Shown here one piece after another: positions 54,928 to 64,000 of a DNA stretch of 64,000 nt. The notes under the pieces are model-generated. The model did no database searches. It saw nothing but the letters and a program-made list of their open reading frames with translations, and had not been told where the DNA came from. This DNA comes from Octopus vulgaris. Taxonomy: Eukaryota. Each line of letters begins with the position of its first letter. Position 1 is the stretch's first letter. A program made the translations under genes and the position numbers. Location of the stretch: assembly GCA_951406725.2 (NCBI GenBank), contig OX597820.1, forward strand, positions 50,096,001 through 50,160,000, written 5' to 3'.

Positions 54928-56757
54928 TCAATAATATAAATCCCTTTCTGTATGTGTTTGTGTGTGTGTGTGTAAAAGACTATAACGGCCGTATTTTTCA
55001 ACTGATTTTCTCCAAATTGGGAACATACGACGCTTAATCAGTAACGAGCCCCATGAGGGCGGAAAACACCCGTTCTTGGGTTACGTGGAAAAGGGAGGTA
55101 ACTCTTTACGAAGTAACTTTCAGAATTTGATTGTCTTCCTCACATCTATTGGTCGTAAAAAACAATATTGCATTTTATATTACTTCACATATTTGAAAGT
55201 TTTTAGAAAAATTTACTTCCGGTTTTCTAGCTTCAGTGACGTCAATATCTCTCTATCTATATCCTTCTATCCATCTCTTTCTATCTCTATCTCTTTATAT
55301 CTCTCTATTCATCTTTATCTATATACCTATCTATCTCGCGTATCTATCTGTCTATATCTTATCTATCTATATCTATCTCATTTGTTTATCTAGCTAGCTC
55401 TCCCTATTTCCTCTCTCTATATCTCACTCATTCTCTATAATTTTCACTTCCATTTTTCAGACGCTCTTGTTTTTACTTTAAGTTCAATTGCTATTGCTTT
55501 CACTGTAAGTTTTCAATCGGTATTTACAAACAACAACGGCAAATTACTGCCAGAGAGAAGTTTACAATTACTGATGAAAGTAATTTAATACATAATTTAC
55601 TGATAGAAGTAACTTCAATCCGTACACTTCGTTAAATTTGCCTACACATTTCTTATTTACTTTTGCAACGGTTTTGCATTTTTCTGTTTTTAACGGCTTT
55701 TTTCTGGTTCCTTCGGGTTCACCAAGTGACAACTTTCTCTTCAGCCCGTACAGTATTTTATTTTCCGTAAATATTTCTTATTTACCTTCTGCCCGCCGTA
55801 TCAAGAAATATAATTTCATTACCCAGTTATTTTCATTATTTGCTATCTTCTGCACCTGAATTTCTGTATTTGTATATACCATTCCTAGAAGGAAAGTGTC
55901 AAATTTGTCTACAATGTCAAGACCAGCCAGAAGAATGTCTCTGTCCCGGGAAAAAGAGACAACTGCAGAAAGAGAAGCATACCAAGAAACGAACAGACTG
56001 TGCACTACAAAAGCAAGAGCATCTCAAAGTCATAAACAAAGGTATGCACAGCTGATAAGGAAAATGGTGCCTACTACAAAACGAAGAGCAGTTGCAACAG
56101 CTCAGCGAAGCAACGTCTATGAAGAAGCTTTCAATTATGATCCAGCAGTTCATTGTGCAGATGACACTAGAGTTTCCCTTGGTGCAATAACAACTGAGTG
56201 TATACATTGTAAAGCAAGAAAGTGGCTTGGGGAGATTTCTGTACTGTACTGCAGTGGTGAAAAGGTTAAACTCCCTGCAATCCTCCAACATCCAGAGTCA
56301 TTGAAGAAACTATTATCATCAGCTGATTCAAGCACTTCTATAACAAAATTTGACAATACAACGCTGCACTACAGATGACATCATTTGGAGTCACAAGAGA
56401 TTTAACTGAGCCAGAAATCATGCAAACTTTCAAAATCCACGGTCAGATTTATCATCTGTTTGGCTCTCTACTATCTCTGTCAAATGAATCACCAAAATCG
56501 GCCTTTCACTGTTTATCTTTTTTTTTTGGTTACGAAATAAGCTACACAAGACGTGTTTTTGAATTACGTGTATTTACTTTATATACATATATGAGTTGAA
56601 AACACTCTTTTAACATTTCACTTAACGTCTGTGCGGAGTTATTAATGTAGAAAGCTAGTATCTCAGCTATTTGCAGTTGAGACCTGTGTTAATCTAGACG
56701 GCGTTTTAAAATTTTATTATTCTCTTTAAGCCAGGCAGCGTCGGGTATTTCTGCTAG
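54928..56757 (+). mobile_element. internally deleted Helitron with RepHel N-terminal remnant
   Basis: A|TC 5' end; 3' CCAGGCAGCGTCGGG hairpin plus CTAG|T; ORFs 55896-56500 carry AFNYDP, CIHCKARKW.GE...CSGEKVKLP and MTSFG...TFKIHGQIYHLFGSLL motifs. Confidence 0.9.
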
Positions 56758-57058
56758 TATATACATATATCTAAACATGCAAATATATGTATAGAAGCAA
56801 CATTGACTCAAAGGACTGGTGATATGTGCCAATGAATTTATTAAATTGATACACACACTGAAATGAATCAACTGGCTCGTCGTCATTGGCTAATAAGTTG
56901 GTCGTTGGAGATTGTTGGATAATTAATGATAATTTATGTATTAGCTGGTATTTATATCGTTTGTAAAAAATATCAATTATGCAGCACTCTCTCAAACGCA
57001 CACATACCACATATGTATAAAGTGCTTCATATGAACGCGAATATATGCGAGCAGATAA

Positions 57059-57089
<31 letters not shown>

Positions 57090-57239
57090 GTATATGCATA
57101 TATATATATATGTGTGTGTGTGTGTATTTCATTTTTGTATTTTGTTTACAAGATTCCTTATAAGAATTCGTGTGTTGAAGCATATTTTATTGTGTTTGTA
57201 GAAAGTCATTCTCATTTAGTGCCTTATTAATTTAACACA

Positions 57240-57960
57240 CTCACCGATCTGACCTCTGTTTAAGACATCAATATCCGGCCTGTTATGTTTACATTTGACA
57301 GAAGTTTTGATGGGAATATTCCACCAGAATTTCTTGAGTTGGTGTTTATGAACGTATTCCATAACAGGGGGATTTTCAAAATTTCTTTCAGGACAGTCTT
57401 TATTTCGTGCCGCATAGGGTGGTAGCACTGTAACTACATTCCACAGAAACATTACATAGCCTACACATGCGGCTTTAGCTTGGGATTACAAGAGCATCAC
57501 CAGGTACTTCAAAGTGTGACGTGATGTAGTTATCTTGTATCCAAGAGAGGCTGCTTTTCGTATAATTTCTACTGTCTTCTTCTAGCTTCCGGGTAATATA
57601 CCCATGCATAGTCTTTGCTTTTTGTAAGCTGAATGCTTTCCATCCAGGTCTTCTCTGAGGTAAGAGAGCCCAGCTGTTTTGGGTCTGTATAGATCATCAG
57701 GAAGAGAGTGCTTCTTGTGGAACTCACAGCCAACTCACTTCACTTTTCAGCACTACCTTTATATATTTATTTTTACTGCTGTTGTTCAGCAGGAGCTGCC
57801 TGAGTGATACCATACAGCATTCAACGGTCGTCCGCACTAATCTCATACATCTACCACCTTCATTTCTTCTTAGGTAGAGTCTGTCAACATCACTGTTTCT
57901 GTGAACGTTCCAGTTGTTCAGTCACTCCTATACTTAAGAAACCTGGCGCATTAAACAGCC
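57240..57960 (-). mobile_element. R4/Dong-like non-LTR remnant (thumb, zinc finger, RLE)
   Basis: RNSDVDRLYLRRNEGGR, CRLCNVSVE and KFWWNIPIKTSVKCKHNRPDI on the minus strand. Confidence 0.75.
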
Positions 57961-58266
57961 GTAGCTTTCTAAATGTATCCAGTTCAAGCGCCACTTACTA
58001 GAAAATTGGATCTTACCGTTTGCCAGTTAGGCCTCTTTGGTTTTTTTTCCCACCTCTTATTCAAGGCAGATGACCCGCTTTCATCAACGTTTTTTGTTAA
58101 GACATATACCTCGAGGTCTGAGCGTTTCCTCACGTCTGCAGCGTAGATATTTAAAATCTAGTATTTATATAGTCTGACCAGCTATTCACAAGGCTTTGCT
58201 TTGTGGATGCGAAACCATGGGTAACTCTATGTCCAAGATATAAAAGTGTTTGTTGTAATATATCCA

Positions 58267-58419
<153 letters not shown>

Positions 58420-58532
58420 ATACATACATACATACATACACACATACTTACACACACACACACACATGTATAAATATATATACATATCTAAAGCTGAATG
58501 CTCATACGGCGTCTTCGACGTGACAGTCTATC

Positions 58533-58570
<38 letters not shown>

Positions 58571-58607
58571 ATATATATATATAAATACATACATATATAT
58601 ACATATA

Positions 58608-58664
<57 letters not shown>

Positions 58665-58829
58665 GTTGTATGTAAGTATATACGTTTTTATGCATCTCTC
58701 TTTTTCTTTCTCTCGCTTTCTCTCTATGAAAAAATACACACACACGTTTCATGCGATGTTGAATTAAAATGTAAACAATTTTACATTAATCTAATTGATT
58801 ACTCTGTTGTTTTGTAGAATATAAATCTA

Positions 58830-58962
58830 TTATTCTTAAGCAAGAATATTATTAACAGGGATTTCGAAGTTTCAGCCAGGTAAGTCTTTATCGGACTGCC
58901 GACGATGACGTAGCTGGCCGAAAGTTCCAAGACACTGCCAATAATGTACTTGTTTCAGAATA
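58830..58962. repeat. decayed fold-back with hammerhead-like core at its centre
   Basis: GAAGTTTCAGCCAGGTAAGTCTTTATCGG is an imperfect reverse complement of CCGACGATGACGTAGCTGGCCGAAAGTTC across a 4-nt loop; the arms extend about 65 bp. Confidence 0.55.
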
Positions 58963-58997
58963 CTCTCCCCCTAATTTCACTCCTCTTTCAATTTGTA

Positions 58998-59084
<87 letters not shown>

Positions 59085-59085
<1 letters not shown>

Positions 59086-60164
59086 GGGGCAAACCTGGGC
59101 AGGTTCTCGGGGCAAACCTGGGCGTCAACGAGGAATATCTGACCCGCCTGTTTCAAACGACTTTCGGCCCGGGACCTATGGACAACTTCCAGAGATCCCT
59201 GGCCTGGCAGTGTTACCGAGAAGCGCTACCCGTTCGGGATAAGCTCTACAGACACGGCTCGAGAAACACGGGGCCGACCTGCCCGAGATGCGGTCAGAGC
59301 GACGAAACCGTTCTGCACGCACTCGTTCAGTGTCCAACAATTTCCGACCTGTGGGCTTGTGTCGAACAACTGCTGTCACGTGTGGGACGAGTCGGTTTAT
59401 CAGCTGAGTCTATCGTCAATATTGTCACGCCTCCTTCCTTCAAACGGGAAGGAAGAGCTATTTTCATCATCCTTGTGGCTATGGCGAAAGAATGTATCTG
59501 GTGGACGCGTCTGAAAGGGTTGGAGACAAACACTTTCCTCTCTGGTCAATCTCTCATCAACTTCTTCAAGTACCACTTGAAAAGGAAAGTGAGAGTAGAG
59601 AGGCAAGTTTTGTCTAGCGAATGTTTTAAAAAAAGATGGGTGAATGTAGCAAGGATGGCACGTATGAATGACGAAGCCACCTTGAGCATAATCCTATGAA
59701 CCCAGAAATTGAAAACAGAGGGTTACCCACTTGCAAACAAATGTGGTAACATATAACAATATTGACCAAGGTTACCGTGGTCTTTTTCGTAGGCTTTTCT
59801 TCCCACGGATAAACCTTACTTGCTTTCCCCTTTACACCATGTATCATAACACTGTGATACACGATCCCTATTGATCGTTCTTTTTTTTTTTTTTCCTCTT
59901 CCCCTTTTTTCCCCCTTTTTCTTCTTTTTTCATTTCTCTTTTCTTTTGTTCCTTTTCCCTTTCTTTTTTTTTCTTTTATTTCTTTAATTTTTTATTCTAT
60001 TTATTTTTTTCATTTTTTCATTTTTTTTTTGTTCTTTTCTTCCCTTTTACGATCCGTCTTGATCGAAAACCTACGCCACCCCCTTTTTTTCATCCCCCAA
60101 AAGAAAAGCTCTACCTTGTAACTTGTCCCATCTGTGTGCAGCCCTGTGTAGCCAATAAAGAAAC
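59085..60164 (+). mobile_element. 5'-truncated Tx1/L1-clade LINE inserted in (TCTA)n
   Basis: Open frame to 59699 with zf-RVT-type W....ALPVR...CPRCGQSDETVLHALVQC; T-rich 3'UTR; ends AATAAAGAAAC; perfect (TCTA)n on both sides. Confidence 0.88.
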
Positions 60165-60269
<105 letters not shown>

Positions 60270-62331
60270 GCAGTTTGAAGTTGATTAGTAGCTATATATA
60301 TTTATATGTAGGTTGTGATGTATGGCGCGTAACAGATGAATGCATGCATAGATGTTTATTCTTCTGAGCATCTGAATCTCTGCCTACCTCCTCACCAATA
60401 TTTCAAACTGTCTACACATATGAACGTAATGTTTCCCTCCATACATTTCCTTTTAATCCAATTTGTGTCAGTTGTTTTCTATTGAATGATATATATTAAT
60501 ATATATATATATATATGTGTGTATGTCCATATATATGCATGTACATCTATGCATGTAATATGTTATAATATAAATGTTATAATAGTTATATATATATGTA
60601 TATTTCTGTGTATGTGTGCATGTGTGTGTGTGTGTGTGTGTGTATTCACATATTTCTCCATACTTATTTCATTGCATTTTATATCTATGTTCATATAGAA
60701 ATACATGAAACACACGAACGCCCGAACACATAGACACACATGGCCCACGTTTTAGTGTTTGCGTGTATGTGTGTTTGAGGGAGTGTATGTTTTTACGTAC
60801 ATGAGTATTTGTGTTCACGTGTGTGTGCGTGCCAGTCATGTGTGGGTGTGTATGAATGTATTAGAGACCATTTATTGGTGCGCGTTTTACCCATAATATT
60901 TGTATCTTCTGCACTAGTTATTCGCTAATTTTCCCATAAGTCGTATCTCATTCTCCACTGGATAGTTTTACTGCTTCCCACTTTCACAGAATCATTCATA
61001 TTCTTTTATGAAAATCCTATGGTTGTCACTGTTAGCCAGAAGGAGCAAATTTTCTTCTGCACTCAGTTAATGTTTTGCACTAAAGAATTTGGTTTGCTGG
61101 AGGTGGGTGCAAGTCTCAAGAATCACATTAACGCTAACTTGAATAAGAGTTCATTATTTCCACTATATATCACATATAATGGCATGACGTTAGATTCCTT
61201 CTGGACAAATATATGTATAAAGACAACCTCTATGTTATGTAACATGTTTGCATGAACATTTATGCCTGTATCTATGTATGTAAGTATGTATGTATGCAAA
61301 CACGCGCACATATATAATCTATATAATGTATATGTATATGCATATGCCGAGATTAAATGTAAGATTTGAGAGAATGAAGGCCATAATACAGATTCGATTC
61401 TCGGTCTGTGTCAGTCTTATTAAAATGGCGTCGTAATAAATTACAGTTTCATGACTACAAACCGTTGCGGTATTGTCTACGTGATCACGGGATTCGCTTT
61501 ATGTGTGTCTAATTACTGTATTGAAAATATATACGCACTATTCATTACTGACACATATATGTTCCCTACCTGATTTGAAGAAGTGTAACATAATTTTCAT
61601 TTCTTCCGCCACACAAAAGCGTTTTGTGACAATGCTTAAGCCCATGCAGTGTGGAGAAGACAGAATACAAACCAAATTGAAACCAATCCCTTTCATTTAT
61701 GTTAGTGAATTTCTGAGGAACTATCTGAACATTTAGACATCGCACTTTTTATTAATAACAAATGTGTGAAGTTGTCTGAAACGTTAAGAATCGGCTAACA
61801 CATAATTCAAAATTGCCCGTGTGTCATAATATTTTTCTCGATTTGAATTAGAGTGGTTAATCTAATATAGTCACAGCTGTCTGCCAATCAGGCCCAGATG
61901 GCTACGACTATCTTGTCACTGTGTGCACTACCCTGATTTGGAAGTGTCCGAATTAGTCTTGTGAAACGCACTTCATATTTATGTAAGAAGACGAAAACGT
62001 CGTCAAACTTACACTGACAACTTGATTGCAGACACTGGCCTGAAATACATCCAGGACTTCGAGTCAGTGATGATGGACCGAGAAGTGTGACAGGCAGACT
62101 TCGTTGCTGCGGCCCGATTTAGAAGCTGGCCGTAATAGCAATAATCCAATATACTGGTTCAATTCTATGTCTAACTGAGATTTTATCGTACCAAATGCTA
62201 AATACTACGAAATAAATTTGTTGTTTGGATTTTTTCTGTTGCTGTAACAGTGTTGAATAAAAAAAATGTTTCAGTTTCTGTCAAATTTGGTGTACTGATG
62301 TAGTTTTGTATGCTAATTATGAGAATGAAAA

Positions 62332-62728
62332 AGGCGGTGAGCTGGCAGAAACGTTAGCACGCCGGGCGAAATGCTTTGCGGTATTTCTTCTGCCGCTGCG
62401 TCCTGCGTTCAAATTCCGCTGAGGTCGACTTTGTCTTTCATCCTTTCTGGATCGAGTAAATAAGTACCAGTTACGCACTGGGGTCGATATAATCGACTTA
62501 ATCCGTTTGTCTGTCCTTGTTTGTCCTCTCTGTGTTTAGCCCCTTGTGGGTAGTAAAGAAATAGGTAATTCGTCTGTCTTTACGTTCTGAGTTCAAATTC
62601 CGCCGAGCTCGACTTTGCCTTTCATCATTTCGGGGTCGATAAATTAAGTACCAGTTGCGTACTGGAGTCAATCTAATCGAATGGCCCTCTCTCCCAAAAT
62701 TTTGGGCCTTGTGTCTAAAGTAGAAAAG
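62332..62728 (+). mobile_element. SINE family A chimeric dimer
   Basis: Same two-tail arrangement as 95-464; TSD AATTATG(A/G)GAATGA at 62315-62328 and 62729-62742. Confidence 0.88.
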
Positions 62729-63289
62729 AATTATGGGAATGAGAATCATTTTTGCCATAAATTAATACATAAAATGTTAATAGATTTCAGTTTGTAAATT
62801 TTAGGTAATTTTAGCCAATGGAAAGTCACAGTCACATTTGTGCATGTTTCCATAGTAACAAACCAAGGCGTTGTCTTCTTAAAACTACTACTTATATTTT
62901 CTTTACTTATTTATTTTGTTTGAGTACCTATATTCTGAACATACATTTTCGAATCTTTGCTGAAAAATTGTTTACATGAACTGAACTATTCCTACAGTAT
63001 AATGTACAATTATTTTTTCTGTAATTTTTCGAAAAAATTGATGAAGAATTTTATGTTGTTGGCTGTTGGAAAGTTTGTTTTGCATTATTTTACTAGTCAG
63101 AAAAAAACTTATGGGACATTTCTGATGCTGTCACAGTTTTTGAAATTTTATAATTAAGTGAAAATGTTCAAATTCGGTGTAGTGATGTAAATTCTAATGC
63201 TAAATCTAATTTTATTATTCATTTGTTCCAGAAAAGTTTTGGAAAAATATTCACTAAAATTATAGCTCCAGGTTATCCTTTGATCGGAT

Positions 63290-63670
63290 TGACCCTAAAC
63301 TTCAATCCTAAACATTAACTCATAACCTAAACCCTAATTTTAACCCTAGAGCAAAACCCAAAACTCTAATACTAAACCCTAAAATCCTAATTCTAATCCT
63401 AAACCCTTACCCAAAACTCTGATTCTAATCTAAACCCTAAAACATTCATTCTAACTTTAAACTCCAACGCTAAACTCTAATTGTAACCCTAAACTTCAAC
63501 TTTGAACTCCAGCCTTAAGCCCTCATTCTAACCCTAATTCTAGCTTTAAACCTCAACACTATCTCTAAATCCTGAACTCTAATTGTAGCTTTAAACCTCA
63601 GCCCTAGCTCTAATTCTAACCCTAAGTCTCAAACCTAATCCAAAATTCTAACCCAAACTCCACCCAAATC
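63290..63670. repeat. degenerate (TAACCC)-like telomere-type tract
   Basis: Many AACCCTAA/AACTCTAA/AATCCTAA variants with 6-7-nt periodicity. Confidence 0.75.
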
Positions 63671-63779
63671 ACAGATGTATTGCTACAACTCAAAAGAATA
63701 CATACAACATAATACAAAGTAAAAGTTGGTGATTTTTCAGCATCCCAAAAGATGAACATTTTGGGGGCTACAAATATGG

Positions 63780-63920
63780 ATTTCAAATTTTGGTTCTAGG
63801 CCAGCAATTTAGGAGAAGTGTAAGTCACTTACATCGATCCAAGTATTCAACAGGTACTTATTTTATCAACCCCGAAAGTATGAAATGCAAGTCGATCTCG
63901 GAGACATTTGAACGCAGAAC
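63780..63920 (-). mobile_element. partial SINE family A
   Basis: GGTACTTATTTTATCAACCCCGAAAG..TGAAA.GCAAGTCGA core. Confidence 0.7.
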
Positions 63921-64000
63921 CCGGAAATAGTCTTTTGGGCTAGAAATATTAAAATACTTCGGTCCCAACTACGACAAAATTTCTATAACACCTCAGTGAG

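Overview
An AT-rich eukaryotic window dominated by repeats. The SINE families and dense (TA)/(CA)/(TACA)/(TCTA)/(GAA) microsatellites look like coleoid cephalopod, probably Octopus, DNA; that is an inference. I cannot support any host protein-coding gene, and most ORF-track entries are microsatellite artefacts. The window holds four tRNA-headed SINE families. It also holds remnants of RTE, CR1-group, Tx1/L1, R4/Dong-like and Penelope-like retroelements, Tc1/mariner/maT, Chapaev3-like and Helitron/Helentron elements, a solo LTR, a decayed 18S rRNA fragment, minisatellites and a degenerate telomere-like tract. The most interesting signal is a set of short fold-back (inverted-copy) insertions, apparently unrelated in sequence, most carrying minimal type-I hammerhead ribozyme motifs with palindromic stem III. 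They co-occur with Penelope-like RT remnants. One of them (33791-34126) also has a tRNA-like Pol III head and a 12-bp TSD, making it a candidate ribozyme-carrying SINE mobilised by Penelope-like elements. All alignments and folds were done by eye, so boundaries are approximate unless a TSD is quoted.
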